Counted from the stretch's first letter, positions 1 to 9,757 are shown. The stretch is DNA of 50,235 nucleotides from a virus (IMGVR_UViG_3300036854_000038:1-50235); one strand, 5' to 3'. Made by a program: numbers and translations. The notes: a model not told the origin generated them from the letters alone.

Positions 1-150
1 GAGGCGACCGTGCGGATCATGGATGATCTGCCACCACGCGAGCGGGCCAAGACACTCGCCTTCTGTGTGGCGGTCCTCATCCTCACCCTGCTCATCATGG
101 CCACCGTGAGGCTGTGAACGCGGCAAGGCCCCGGTCTCGTATCCCGGGGC
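1..150. repeat. Terminal direct repeat, left copy (circular-assembly overlap)
   Basis: 1-150 matches 50086-50235 except at 127/50212 and 143/50228. Confidence 0.95.
10..117 (+). CDS. 35-aa single-TM peptide (same gene as 50095-50202)
   Basis: GTG start with AGGAGG RBS visible in the right-end copy; MRIMDDLPPRERAKTLAFCVAVLILTLLIMATVRL; followed by a hairpin. Confidence 0.6.
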   Translation: MRIMDDLPPRERAKTLAFCVAVLILTLLIMATVRL

Positions 151-160
151 CTTGCCGCGT
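118..160. terminator. Bidirectional terminator-like hairpin between convergent genes
   Basis: Perfect 17-bp inverted repeat ACGCGGCAAGGCCCCGG / CCGGGGCCTTGCCGCGT with a 9-nt loop. Confidence 0.8.
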
Positions 161-183
161 CATGGGGTGTTCTACGTCGGAGC

Positions 184-342
184 CTACACCTGGCGGTTCT
201 TCGGCGCTCGCGCGACTACGAGCGTCTGCCCGAGCGCGCCGAGCGCGAGCATCCACCAGGGCACATCAGTTGTCGGCAGCAGCACTGCGGCCTCCGCCAG
301 GCCGGCCACTGCGGCGGCGATCGCCTTGTTGTAGCGGGTCAC
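184..342 (-). CDS. Putative holin (52 aa, two hydrophobic segments)
   Basis: Not in the ORF track; AAGGGAG RBS + GTG; MTRYNKAIAAAVAGLAEAAVLLPTTDVPWWMLALGALGQTLVVARAPKNRQV; directly downstream of the endolysin. Confidence 0.65.
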   Translation of the reverse strand: MTRYNKAIAAAVAGLAEAAVLLPTTDVPWWMLALGALGQTLVVARAPKNRQV

Positions 343-464
343 GGCACTCCCTTCTTGTCGTCCCTGGCCCTCCGGCCAGCTAGCCCCCAGCCAGTCGCGG
401 GGCTGGGCAGCACTTCACCGGAGGGCCGAGGCCGCGCCGCGCCACGGCCAGGGTCTCGTTGCGG

Positions 465-1172
465 CTACGCCGGCGGCGGTGGGGGGGTGGTCAGCGCGTC
501 GATGAGCTCGGCCAGCTTGGCGTTCACCGCCGTGAGCTGGTCGAGGAGCTTCTGCGTGCTGGCGTGGTTGGGGCCGCGCAGCAGCGTCACGAAATCCTCG
601 TGGAGGCGGTCGAACTGGCCGGTGAAGTAGGCCTCGTCAGGCATGGGGTCCTCCTGGGGGACGTGGGCGGAAAGTGGAAGGCCAGCGGCGATCCAGGCGC
701 GGAGCTGGTCGCCTGGGCAGTCGGTCGCCTTGAAGTAGGAATGCGGCTGGACGCCGTGCACGCCGGCCCATGTGTTGCACCGGTCGACCGCCCACTTGAT
801 CGCCTGCCGGCCCGGGTCGGTGACGTCGTCGCGGTTGGCCGAGTCGTCGCCGAGGAAGCAGACGGCATGGTAGGCGGTGTTGCCGTGGTCGGTGCCGTTC
901 GCGGCCGTCCTGATGCCCAGGTCGCGGCCCATGAACACGTAGCCGTGCTTGCAGACCACATCGGAGTAGGCGATGTCGGCCCAGCCTTTGGTGTCCATGT
1001 GGTAGCTCTGGATGCCACGGACCCGGGCGGCGCAGTTGGCGTGGTCTGCCTGTTCGTCGGCGTCGGCGCCGGTGTAGTGGACGGCGGTTCCCTCCTGGGC
1101 GGAGCGGTCCAGGGGGGTACGGTCCTTGGGTGGGCGGGCGCCCCAGCCGTCGCGGGAGATGAGGATCACCAT
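465..1172 (-). CDS. Endolysin, N-acetylmuramoyl-L-alanine amidase (PGRP/Amidase_2-like)
   Basis: ISRDGWGARPP, VHYTG, IQSYHMDTKGWADIAY and H...TDCPG motifs; ATG overlaps the upstream TGA. Confidence 0.9.
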   Translation of the reverse strand: MVILISRDGWGARPPKDRTPLDRSAQEGTAVHYTGADADEQADHANCAARVRGIQSYHMDTKGWADIAYSDVVCKHGYVFMGRDLGIRTAANGTDHGNTAYHAVCFLGDDSANRDDVTDPGRQAIKWAVDRCNTWAGVHGVQPHSYFKATDCPGDQLRAWIAAGLPLSAHVPQEDPMPDEAYFTGQFDRLHEDFVTLLRGPNHASTQKLLDQLTAVNAKLAELIDALTTPPPPPA

Positions 1173-1411
1173 CAGCTGTGCTCCTTGCGGTAGGTGGTGA
1201 GCTCGGCTTCGAGCTGCTCGACACGCGCGGCGAGCCGGTCCCGTTCGCGTTCGACATGCGCGAGGCTCCGCTCCAGCGACAGCACGGCACGCTCTGCGCC
1301 GCCGGCGACGACGGACTGCCGCTCCGCGCCAGCACGCAGCAGCAGGACCAGGCCCTGGAGGAGTGTCCCGCCGAGCAGGGTAGAGATCAGGGGGACGAGC
1401 CACTCTCTCAC
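1172..1411 (-). CDS. Membrane-anchored coiled-coil protein of the lysis cassette
   Basis: N-terminal TM segment then heptad-rich helix; translationally coupled to its neighbours. Confidence 0.7.
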   Translation of the reverse strand: MREWLVPLISTLLGGTLLQGLVLLLRAGAERQSVVAGGAERAVLSLERSLAHVERERDRLAARVEQLEAELTTYRKEHS

Positions 1412-1851
1412 TCAGGTCCCGTCACCCTCTGCCGGATCGTGGCACCAGTGGCCCACAGGCCAAGCGCACGCAGGTAGGCGGCCGCGCCGAGCAGGCCGAT
1501 CAGGAGCGCGGCGACGATGCCGCGGCGACCGCCGATAGCCAGGATCACCGTGGCGTACACCAGCGTGGACGCGCCGAGCAGGCACAGCCCGGCGATCTCG
1601 ACCCGGCGGACCTTGCGGAGCAGGCCGGCCAGGCCGAGCGCGCCGCCCAGGAGCAGATCGGCGTTCCACAGGGCCACGACCGCAGGTGGGAGGAGCCTGC
1701 TGATCGCGCCGGGAGAGCTGAGTTGCAGCAGGTAGGACGCGCCGCTCAGGACACAGGCAATCTTGACGAACAGCGCCCACGGCTCCTGCAACAGCATCGG
1801 TGGGAGCCAGCGCACCAGGCGCAGCAGGAACGGCTGGAGCGTGGTCATCAC
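1408..1851 (-). CDS. Multi-pass membrane protein (holin-like)
   Basis: About 4 hydrophobic helices; lies in the lysis cassette. Confidence 0.7.
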   Translation of the reverse strand: MMTTLQPFLLRLVRWLPPMLLQEPWALFVKIACVLSGASYLLQLSSPGAISRLLPPAVVALWNADLLLGGALGLAGLLRKVRRVEIAGLCLLGASTLVYATVILAIGGRRGIVAALLIGLLGAAAYLRALGLWATGATIRQRVTGPE

Positions 1852-2312
1852 AGCACCGCGATTCGGTAGCAGCTCAGCCAGGCGGTGAAGTTCTGCGCCG
1901 ACCCGGTGCCGTGGCGGACCTGGCAGACGAAGCTGTCGGCGGCCAGCAGCGGGATGGTGATGCCCAGCGAGGCCCGCTTCAGCAGGCTCGCGTCCATCGC
2001 CACAGTGAAGTCGGCGGGCATCCCCGTGATCGCCGAGGTTGGCAGGATCAGGATTGCCGCGGTGCCAGCGGCGCCGGAGATCCCCGGGCCGCGGGCGTCG
2101 TAGGTGATCGCGTAGAGCCCATCCAGGCCGGTGGGGATGGTGATGGTCGTCGAGGTGACGGCGATGAAGCCGGAGGTGTCGACATCCTCGGTGTCCCAGG
2201 AGACGCTGGTGGTGACGCCCGAGCTGATGCTCTGGTTGGCGACGCGGCGGAGCCGGCAGCCGACATCCCCGGGGATGTCGCTGGCCCGGACGAAGTCACC
2301 TGCGGACGGCAC
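1848..2312 (-). CDS. Minor tail / tail-fibre-like protein
   Basis: Beta-rich sequence (NQSISSGVTTSVSWDTED...ITIPTGLDGLY); follows the large minor tail gene. Confidence 0.6.
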   Translation of the reverse strand: MPSAGDFVRASDIPGDVGCRLRRVANQSISSGVTTSVSWDTEDVDTSGFIAVTSTTITIPTGLDGLYAITYDARGPGISGAAGTAAILILPTSAITGMPADFTVAMDASLLKRASLGITIPLLAADSFVCQVRHGTGSAQNFTAWLSCYRIAVL

Positions 2313-2315
2313 GGC

Positions 2316-5078
2316 TCACCTCACGTAGACGACTGGGTGGTCCAGCGCGACTTCCGCGCCGGTGGAATGGGCCTTGACCACGCCGTTCACGCTCCTCGTC
2401 ACCGTGAAGGTTTGGGGGCTACTGGCACCTGAGATGGCGGTCACGGTCATGACCTCGCCGCCGATCCTGATGTTGAAGTTGCCGTCGTCGTGGGACCACA
2501 GGGGCCCCGAGGGGGTGGCCACGTCCACGTCGGTCTCGGTGGTCGTCAGGGCCTCGTTCAGGGTGCTGCCGTCGCTGGAGTAGCGGCTGTCCGGGTCGTC
2601 GTAGACGCCGACCCGGCCCCACGGTGTCTCCGGGGAGCAGTTGACCGCGATCCGGTGGGTGAAGTTCCCCATCGTCTCGACCATGCCCTGCGCGAGCTGG
2701 CTGATCGCATCAGGGGGCAGCCACGCTGGTGGGTTGTCGACGGTCAAGCGGTCGCCCAGGTCAAGGTCCTGCACGGCCAGCACCAGGCTGGAGTCGGCAA
2801 CGAACGGCGCCCGGGACAGGTCGACCATCAGCACCGGATAGCGGGCCTCGTCCACGGTGCCCAGCCACAGCAGCCACCCGGCCGCGTCCGGCACCTGCGC
2901 GTCCGATTCCAGGTTCAAGGTGACCTCGGTGTCGTACCTGCCCACCCCGTCCGGTGGGTCCAGGATCGACAGCGCGCCGGTCTCCAGCACCGCCCGCACG
3001 CTCGACCCGCCGGTGCGCTTGACGGTGACGTCGTTGCGGACCTGCTGGTCGTCGTCGGTCGGCTCGATCCCCGTGTCACTGCCGCTGCCCAGATGGTTCG
3101 CCGCATAGTCCAACGCCAGTGCCGCGTCCTGGTTGTAGAGGGATTCCCTAGTCCGGTAGGCCAGGCCGAACAGGTCCCTCGGCTCGTAGAGGAGGCCCCC
3201 ATCCGCGTCGGCGGCCTCCTGGAGCAGGTCGACCAGCTCGGCGGAAAGCTGGGCGCCCATCGCCGCGGTGGTGTCCAGCTCGCCGACCCCACGGAAGGTG
3301 ACCCCCTCCTCGCCGCAGAGCCGCTCGATCCGCCGGCCGGCGGCTTCCCCGACGTAGGCGTTGAGCTGGTCGGCCAGCTCGAACAGGCTGAGGATCTCGT
3401 TGTGGACGGCGATGTGTCCCACGGCAATGTTGTCGCCCAGGTCACCACCGCCGTTGACCCTGACCGAGTGGCAGCGGGACACCGTCTGGGCGGCCAGCGT
3501 GCCGCCGGTCCCGACCGCCGCCGACGCGCCGACCTCGAGGGTGTCGATCGACCAGTTGATGTCGGCGCCGTTCTGCTCAAGCTGGATACCGACCCGGACC
3601 AGCTTGTCGTCAAGGTTGAAGTTGAGCACCCCGGAGTCGAGCAGCTGCGTCCCGGCACTGTTGTAGGCACGTAGCCGCAGGTCACCGCCGGTGGCGTACT
3701 CCAGCAGCCACAACGCGACCGTCCCGGTGGTGTAGACCCCGATGATGTTCTGCCCGGAGGTCGCCGCGCCGGCCGGGAGGTTGAGCAGACACCACACTTG
3801 GATATTGCCGGTGCCGGTGTAGGTGGGCACCGAGCCGATCCAGTCGGAGGTGGCCACCAGCACCGGCAGCGCCGACGAGCATTTGAACCCGTCGAACTGG
3901 GCCGGGGAGAACGCGCCGAGGACGGTCATCGGCGGCCCGCCGATCCCGGAGGCGATCCGTGTGGCGTCGCTGGAGTCCTCGCAGGGCCAGTAGGCCTTGG
4001 GTGGGTTGGCCAGCGACGTCAGGCCCCGGTACAGGGTGGATTTCAGTGGGCTGCTGCCTTGGGTGAGCCGCCGCAGGATACCCGATGCCTCCAGGGGGAC
4101 GTACACGTCGGTGCCGGAGATGTCCCAGCGTGGCGGCCACTCGCTGACCTCGCCGACGAAACGCACCGCCGGGTCGACGATCGAGGCGTCCGCCAGCAGC
4201 GTCCAGGTGTTCCCCGACCCGTCGACGAAGGAGGCAGCGCCGGCCTCCTCATCGTCGAAGTCCACGTCGGCACGCAAGGTGCCCGCAATGCCCTGGTAGA
4301 CCTGGGCGGCGTACAGGCGGCCGGTGAGGTCGTTCGCGGAGCCGTTGCCCTGCGACCCGCCGATCTCCACGCTCGCGGTCGAGTCGAAGATGCTGGTGGT
4401 CCCGGCGGTGGTGACGGTGGCGCCGAGCTGCGACCAGGAGCCGCTGATCGTGTTGGCGGTGTAGAACTTCACATCGTTGCCGGCCGCGCCGTTGTCCACG
4501 TCCAGGGTGACCCTGACGGCCAGCCGGCCCGATGCGGGCGGCGACACCGCGGCGGTGCTCGTCTTGGTGATGGTCGTGCTGCCGTCCGCGCTCCAGCGGA
4601 AGCTCAGCGTGCTGTCGGCGTTGAGCCACAACGCCCAACTCCGCTGGTTGCCGGTTGACAAGTACTTGTTCGCCAGGCCCTGCGCCGCGGCCCACGAGGT
4701 GGGCTGGATGTCCAGGCGGATGTCGATGTCGCCGGTGATCGACAGGTTGGCGGAGTCGGGGGTGGAGGCGCGGTCGTCGTTGACCATGAGCAGGTAGCCG
4801 GGTGACGCCGGGTCCAGGCGGACCCGCATCCTGGTGTTGCGGCCGATCAGCCCGTAATAGCTGCCGGTGGGGTTGCGTGGGGAGAGGTTCCCGCTGCGGT
4901 TGTTGGCGGTGAGACTGCACGTCGACCGTTCGACCGTTGTCGCCTCGTTCGGCCGGCCGCGGGTGACCGTCACGTCATCGCGGCCGTACACCTGGTTCGG
5001 GTTGGCCAGCTCCGTCCACGTCCCGCCGAGGAGTACCTCCACGGTCAGGTCCAGTGGCGTGGCGGGGAACGTCACCAC
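2316..5078 (-). CDS. Large minor tail protein with lectin-like (LamG-type) beta domains
   Basis: About 920 aa directly after the tape measure; probable GTG start at 5078 or 5075 (the ORF-track extension overlaps the tape measure gene). Confidence 0.8.
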   Translation of the reverse strand: MVTFPATPLDLTVEVLLGGTWTELANPNQVYGRDDVTVTRGRPNEATTVERSTCSLTANNRSGNLSPRNPTGSYYGLIGRNTRMRVRLDPASPGYLLMVNDDRASTPDSANLSITGDIDIRLDIQPTSWAAAQGLANKYLSTGNQRSWALWLNADSTLSFRWSADGSTTITKTSTAAVSPPASGRLAVRVTLDVDNGAAGNDVKFYTANTISGSWSQLGATVTTAGTTSIFDSTASVEIGGSQGNGSANDLTGRLYAAQVYQGIAGTLRADVDFDDEEAGAASFVDGSGNTWTLLADASIVDPAVRFVGEVSEWPPRWDISGTDVYVPLEASGILRRLTQGSSPLKSTLYRGLTSLANPPKAYWPCEDSSDATRIASGIGGPPMTVLGAFSPAQFDGFKCSSALPVLVATSDWIGSVPTYTGTGNIQVWCLLNLPAGAATSGQNIIGVYTTGTVALWLLEYATGGDLRLRAYNSAGTQLLDSGVLNFNLDDKLVRVGIQLEQNGADINWSIDTLEVGASAAVGTGGTLAAQTVSRCHSVRVNGGGDLGDNIAVGHIAVHNEILSLFELADQLNAYVGEAAGRRIERLCGEEGVTFRGVGELDTTAAMGAQLSAELVDLLQEAADADGGLLYEPRDLFGLAYRTRESLYNQDAALALDYAANHLGSGSDTGIEPTDDDQQVRNDVTVKRTGGSSVRAVLETGALSILDPPDGVGRYDTEVTLNLESDAQVPDAAGWLLWLGTVDEARYPVLMVDLSRAPFVADSSLVLAVQDLDLGDRLTVDNPPAWLPPDAISQLAQGMVETMGNFTHRIAVNCSPETPWGRVGVYDDPDSRYSSDGSTLNEALTTTETDVDVATPSGPLWSHDDGNFNIRIGGEVMTVTAISGASSPQTFTVTRSVNGVVKAHSTGAEVALDHPVVYVR

Positions 5079-5160
5079 GCCACCCCCAAGGAAATAGCCG
5101 TGGCGCGAAATGGCGCAAAATACAGCCGCGCCCAGCCGCCGCCGGTCCTGTGGTGTGTCC

Positions 5161-6906
5161 TCATGCGGTGCGGACCACCTGGGCGAAGCCAGGGCGGGTG
5201 CGGATGGCCTTGGACAGCACCTCGACCAGCAGGTCATCCAGTTTCGACCCGCCGGAGCGGATCTCCAGCACCACCGGCTCACGGCCGCCCTGGCCGTGGC
5301 CGAGGGCGGCGCGGGTCTGTCCCGCCGGGACCACGCGGGAGCCGAAGGGAAGGTCCACCAGTTCCGGGCCCTGCTCCCCGACCAGCACCTGCCGTGCGCC
5401 GGCCAGCCCACCGGTCTGCATCCCCTGGGCGCCGACCAGCCCGCCGGTGGCGAACGGCCACAGCCCGGCAGCGGTACGGATGATGCTCTGCCTGATGGTG
5501 GTGACGATGTTGCGGGGGATGCGGCCAAGCCAGCCGATCAGACCCTGGATCGCGCGGATGGCGCTACCGGTCAGGAACTTGTAGACGGTGTTCCACGCGC
5601 GGGGGATGCGCCTGGTCAGGCCGGTGATCCGCAGGATCGTGGCGATGGCGTTGCCTGGCTTGAACAGGAACTGTAGGACCCGCCGCAGCGGGATGCGCCG
5701 GATCGCGCCGACGAGGCGGCCGACCCAGCCGATGACAGCCCTGATCTGCCTGATGGCCCCGGTGAATTCCTCCATCAACCGCTCAGCCACGAACGCGGCC
5801 GCCGGCCCCGCCTTTTTCAGCGTCTCGATGAACTCCTTGATCCTCCTGGTCCCCGTATTGAACAGCCTGGTTAGGAACCCCAGCGCGTCGCTGAGGAAGT
5901 TGATTACGCCGATGAGCCCGGTCAGTAGGTACCCGAACGCCTCGATCGTTTCCGGCTTCGCCATTTGCAGGAGCAGGTTTGCGATCGCGTCGGCCAGTTC
6001 CGGCGCCCGCGCTGCAAGAACCTCGAACATCTCGACCACGCTGGGCATCATCTTGATGATGGCTGGCAGGATCGTCTCTGCGAAGACGGCGAAGGTGTCG
6101 ACCAGTAGCGGCACGATCGGGGCGGCGGCGGCGAACAGCCGACGGAATTGCGGCTCCAGCTTGGCGAAGATGTCCGCGACCGACCCGGCGGCCTTGATGA
6201 AGACAGGCAGCAGCGGCGCGGCCGCTCTGGCAAGACTGTCCATGATCCGCTTGCCGGCTGTGGAGAAGGCGTCGGAAAGCGTCGTTGCCGCAGCGACGCC
6301 GGCAGCCTTGATTTTGGCGTTGTTGCGGAGCGTGGCATCAGCGATGGCGGCCTGGCCTTCACGCTGCACGCGGTTGATCTCATCCTGCGACGCCCCCGCC
6401 AGCCGCATATGCGCCAGGCGGGCACGAAGGTTGTCCCGCATGGCTTTCAGTTCAGCGGCCGAAGACTGCTTAACCCGCTTGAGGTTGTCCTTCGCCAGCT
6501 TCTGGTTGAGCTTCTCGCTGCCGAGCAGGATCGCGGCGCCGGCCGCGAGCACCCCACCGCCGACGCCGAGCAACACCGCCGACTGCAACGCCGCAGCGAT
6601 CGCGCCCGCGCCGTGGACGGCGATACTGGCGGCGATGGCCGCAACCAGCGGAATCGAAAAGGTTGTCTCCAGTGGATGCAGCAAGGCGCTGAGCACATCG
6701 CTTTTGACGGTGAACAGCCGCTTGAGGGCGCGGCTGAACACGTTCCCGCCGCCCTTCCGGCGGGCCGCTCGGCCGAATGCGTTCTCAAAGTGCTCGGAAG
6801 TGTCCTCGCCGGCACGCTCCCCGACCTCTTTGGCGGCACGCCGGAAACTCGCATCGTCGATGCGGCCGTGGACCTCGACGTAGCCGTCCGCGATCTTGAA
6901 GGCCAC
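5161..6906 (-). CDS. Tape measure protein (about 581 aa)
   Basis: MAFKIADGYVEV start, Ala-rich amphipathic helices, C-terminal FATGG...LVGEQGPELV motif. Confidence 0.85.
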   Translation of the reverse strand: MAFKIADGYVEVHGRIDDASFRRAAKEVGERAGEDTSEHFENAFGRAARRKGGGNVFSRALKRLFTVKSDVLSALLHPLETTFSIPLVAAIAASIAVHGAGAIAAALQSAVLLGVGGGVLAAGAAILLGSEKLNQKLAKDNLKRVKQSSAAELKAMRDNLRARLAHMRLAGASQDEINRVQREGQAAIADATLRNNAKIKAAGVAAATTLSDAFSTAGKRIMDSLARAAAPLLPVFIKAAGSVADIFAKLEPQFRRLFAAAAPIVPLLVDTFAVFAETILPAIIKMMPSVVEMFEVLAARAPELADAIANLLLQMAKPETIEAFGYLLTGLIGVINFLSDALGFLTRLFNTGTRRIKEFIETLKKAGPAAAFVAERLMEEFTGAIRQIRAVIGWVGRLVGAIRRIPLRRVLQFLFKPGNAIATILRITGLTRRIPRAWNTVYKFLTGSAIRAIQGLIGWLGRIPRNIVTTIRQSIIRTAAGLWPFATGGLVGAQGMQTGGLAGARQVLVGEQGPELVDLPFGSRVVPAGQTRAALGHGQGGREPVVLEIRSGGSKLDDLLVEVLSKAIRTRPGFAQVVRTA

Positions 6907-6907
6907 C

Positions 6908-7261
6908 TCAGCCTCGCTTCTTGTGGATGGCGCGGCGCATGAAGGCGTACTCGCGGTTGCCGGGATGGCTGACCCGCGGGACGGGGTGGGCAAGGCCTTC
7001 CCACCAGAGGGCCTGCTTGACGACCGGGTAGATCGGGTGGGGGCTGGTGCCGTACTCCAGGAAATGCCAGTGGTCGGTGCCGACGTACACGCGGGTGCCT
7101 TCCTGCCGCACCGACATGAGCAGGTCGCCAGTGTCGACCAGGCCGTCCGAGATGATGTTGGCGTGCACGTCGTCCATCACCTCACCGGCGATCTTGTGCT
7201 GAAAGCGGAGCGTGTGCTGGCGGACCTTCGCCCGCCACCCCGGCGCCATCACCACCCGCAT
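6908..7261 (-). CDS. HK97 gp10-like tail completion / neck protein
   Basis: VDTGDLLMSV...HFLEYGTSPH...V.HPG...FMRRA pattern. Confidence 0.75.
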   Translation of the reverse strand: MRVVMAPGWRAKVRQHTLRFQHKIAGEVMDDVHANIISDGLVDTGDLLMSVRQEGTRVYVGTDHWHFLEYGTSPHPIYPVVKQALWWEGLAHPVPRVSHPGNREYAFMRRAIHKKRG

Positions 7262-7870
7262 TCAAGGCCTCCATTGGCAGCTGGAGGTCCCCGAGGTCCT
7301 GTGGCTCCTCCTCGTCGGCCTCCCCGACCGGGGCCTCGTCGTCGTCGGCTTCTGCCTGCGCTTCGGCGTGGGCGCGCATCGCCCCCTGGTAGGCGAAGGT
7401 CCGTTCGCACAGGGCGATGAACCGCTCGGCCGAGAGGTCCCCGAACCGGCCGTCACCGATGCCGTCGATGCGGTAGAGGACGCGGAAGTCGGCGTCGAGG
7501 TCGTCGAGGTAGTCAACGACCCACCCTAGATCCGACGTCCGCTGCGTGAGTTTCCCAGGGTCTTCTTCATCTGCCCCATGAGCTTGCGCTCGACGATGCC
7601 CATGATCTGCCGCATCTGCTCGTCGGTGACCGCGTCACTCTCGGCCAAGGCCTCCATCGCGTCCGCGCCCAGCACTTCCCGCATCGCGGCGGCCAGCGCG
7701 TACTCCTGGCCCTTGTCGTAGGTGTCCTGGAGGTACTGGATGGTGATGTTGGGCCGGATGCGCTTGGGGATCGTGTACTCGGCCTCGTCGATGTAGAAGA
7801 GCGGCTCCCGCTCCTCCTCGACGATCTCGTCCGTGCGGATCTTGACTGGCTCGTACCCTGGGCTGGTCAT
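7182..7870 (-). CDS. Tail assembly chaperone, long form (programmed -1 frameshift)
   Basis: G GGA AAC slippery site at 7556-7550; the -1 frame is open (KLTQRTSDLGWVVDYLDDLDADFRVLYRIDG...) to a stop at 7182. Confidence 0.8.
7526..7870 (-). CDS. Tail assembly chaperone, short form
   Basis: Lies after the tail tube gene; ends ...KTLGNSRSGRRI. Confidence 0.8.
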   Translation of the reverse strand: MTSPGYEPVKIRTDEIVEEEREPLFYIDEAEYTIPKRIRPNITIQYLQDTYDKGQEYALAAAMREVLGADAMEALAESDAVTDEQMRQIMGIVERKLMGQMKKTLGNSRSGRRI

Positions 7871-7871
7871 G

Positions 7872-8276
7872 TCAGCTCCAGGTGGGAACGGTGCCGTCGC
7901 TGAGCACACCGGGCGCGCTCCAGGTCAGGCCCCCGTCTGCGTTGCGGGTCATCGCGTAGTCGGTGAACAGCAGCTCCCCGGCCAGCGTCTGCCCCGAGTG
8001 GGCCAGCGTCACGGTCCTGGCCACGCTGGTCGACGGAACCGTCTTGAAGACGGCATGGCTGAAGTTGGTGGCGTCGTCGAAGACGCCGTTGAGGGTGGTG
8101 GAGAAGTCGGCGAGGAGCAGCAGCCGCTCCATCGCGCTCTTGTCCACGCCGGTCACGTCCTGGACCCCCCGAGGGGTGGCCCACTCGAGGTTGGTGATGT
8201 CGTTGGAGATGGTCCGGGGGGTGCCGCCGGAGTCGTCCACCGCCACACTCAACCCGAGCCCTGATTCCTTGGACAC
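7872..8276 (-). CDS. Major tail (tube) protein
   Basis: 134 aa, beta-rich (ISNDITNLEWATPRGVQDVTGVDKSA...LLADFS); precedes the chaperone. Confidence 0.7.
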   Translation of the reverse strand: MSKESGLGLSVAVDDSGGTPRTISNDITNLEWATPRGVQDVTGVDKSAMERLLLLADFSTTLNGVFDDATNFSHAVFKTVPSTSVARTVTLAHSGQTLAGELLFTDYAMTRNADGGLTWSAPGVLSDGTVPTWS

Positions 8277-8279
8277 TGC

Positions 8280-8714
8280 TCAGCCCCTTTCGATGCGGTC
8301 TGCGAGCTGCTGCTGATGCTCGGCGAAGTCCTCCACCCAGTCCTGGCTGCGGGTGTGCTCGCGGATCAGACCAAGGTTGCCGCGGTGGTCCCCAGCCCTG
8401 GTGAGGTACCGCTGTGGCCGGGTGCGATGGTCGGCGAAGCACCGCTGCCCCGACTCAAAGCGGAACACGGTCAGCCCCTCGGCGGTGCGGAGCTCCCGGT
8501 GGGTGCGCATCGACCGCTGCCGGATGTAGGCGGCCTGCTGCATGCCCAGCTCGGTGCGCTCGTCCACGGTCGTGTCCCAGCCGTACCGCCACGCCAGGCA
8601 CCCGACCGTCTCACAGGCAAGGACCACGGTCTGGTCGGACGGCTGCCGCACCGCATACGTCTTGTAGGCACCCACCGGCCCGGCCGGCTCGATCCGGTTC
8701 AGCGGCCGGTCCAC
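8280..8714 (-). CDS. Hypothetical tail-operon protein
   Basis: GTG start coupled to the upstream stop; Cys motif (CETVGC). Confidence 0.65.
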   Translation of the reverse strand: MDRPLNRIEPAGPVGAYKTYAVRQPSDQTVVLACETVGCLAWRYGWDTTVDERTELGMQQAAYIRQRSMRTHRELRTAEGLTVFRFESGQRCFADHRTRPQRYLTRAGDHRGNLGLIREHTRSQDWVEDFAEHQQQLADRIERG

Positions 8715-9463
8715 TAGAACACCTGCCCGGCGGTCTCGTTCTTCACCACGACCACCGCGAAGACCAGGCTGGAGAATCCGCCGGTGGTGACGGTGATCGC
8801 ACGCAGGTAGCGGCGGACGGTGGCGGTGTTGCCGATGGCGATCCGTTCGGCCAGCGGCGCCCCACCGGTGACCTGCGTGAACGCCAGCGACGCCACGTCG
8901 GCGAAGCTGGAGTTGTCGGCGGAGTCCTGGATCTTCACGGTCACGTCGGTGCCCGAGAACGAGAAGACTTGCAGGTAGGCTTGCGCGCCGAACGAGGCTG
9001 AGGCGGTGGTGTCGATCGAGGAGCCGTTGGTCGCGCCGCTGTCGGTGCGCTTCCCAGCCGTCAACGACCGGCCCCACTCCAGCCCGTAACCGTTGGCCAG
9101 CGCCTGCACCGCGATGGTCAGCGACCCGTCGTTGCCGCGGCTGGGATCGTAGTTGACCTGCTTGGCAACCATCGACGCGGCCGGGTTGCCCAGTGTCGTG
9201 CCACGCAGGTAGGAGACGATCCGGTCGGTGATGGGCCGCGTCGACAGGGCAGGGTGGGCGGCGCCGGCGGCGTCGTTGAAGAAGCTGGAGAACTCGACTT
9301 GGCCGTTGCGGAGGCCGCCGAGCCGCTCGAAGCCGCTCTTGTCAATCGCGGTGACCTCGAGCGCTGCCGGCCCGCCAGCAACCGAGCCTAGGCTGCCGAC
9401 GTCGCCGGACAGGTCGTAGCCGCCAACGTACAGCTGGTCCCCCATGCCCGCCTGCTTGGCCAT
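8714..9463 (-). CDS. Virion structural protein (tail-tube-like N-terminus plus extra beta domain)
   Basis: LEVTAIDKSGFERLGGLRNG resembles QDVTGVDKSAMERLLLLADF of 7872-8276. Confidence 0.65.
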   Translation of the reverse strand: MAKQAGMGDQLYVGGYDLSGDVGSLGSVAGGPAALEVTAIDKSGFERLGGLRNGQVEFSSFFNDAAGAAHPALSTRPITDRIVSYLRGTTLGNPAASMVAKQVNYDPSRGNDGSLTIAVQALANGYGLEWGRSLTAGKRTDSGATNGSSIDTTASASFGAQAYLQVFSFSGTDVTVKIQDSADNSSFADVASLAFTQVTGGAPLAERIAIGNTATVRRYLRAITVTTGGFSSLVFAVVVVKNETAGQVF

Positions 9464-9466
9464 GGC

Positions 9467-9757
9467 TTACACCTCCGCCCGGATCGGGGTGAGCTCGCGG
9501 CGGCCCAGATGGGCCCGGTGGGTGGCCACGTGCTCCACGTTCGCCTTCGGGTCGCGGGCGAGCTGGTGGTGCACATCCATGGCCAGCCGGACCCATTCCT
9601 GCGGCAGGGTCTGGTAGTCGTCATCGTGGACGCTGACCCGCCTGCTGGACGCGCTGAGCGACGCCCGGTGGTCTTCTGCGGCGGCCATGGACCGGTACCA
9701 GCGCACGACCATGCCATCCATCACGGTCGGCGTGGCCACCACCACCGGGTTGCTCAT
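9467..9757 (-). CDS. Hypothetical protein
   Basis: ATGA-coupled ORF of 96 aa within the tail operon. Confidence 0.55.
   Translation of the reverse strand: MSNPVVVATPTVMDGMVVRWYRSMAAAEDHRASLSASSRRVSVHDDDYQTLPQEWVRLAMDVHHQLARDPKANVEHVATHRAHLGRRELTPIRAEV

Noticed and set aside
1-150. 150-bp terminal repeat as a biological DTR or attL/attR pair
   Set aside because: Read-length sized, cuts through a gene's RBS region, and both mismatches lie in the last 25 nt of the contig; most simply an assembly overlap of a circular sequence
5079-5528. N-terminal extension of the minor tail ORF, implying a long overlap with the tape measure
   Set aside because: Arg/Pro/Trp-rich shadow sequence; a better start lies at 5078/5075 after a G-rich RBS
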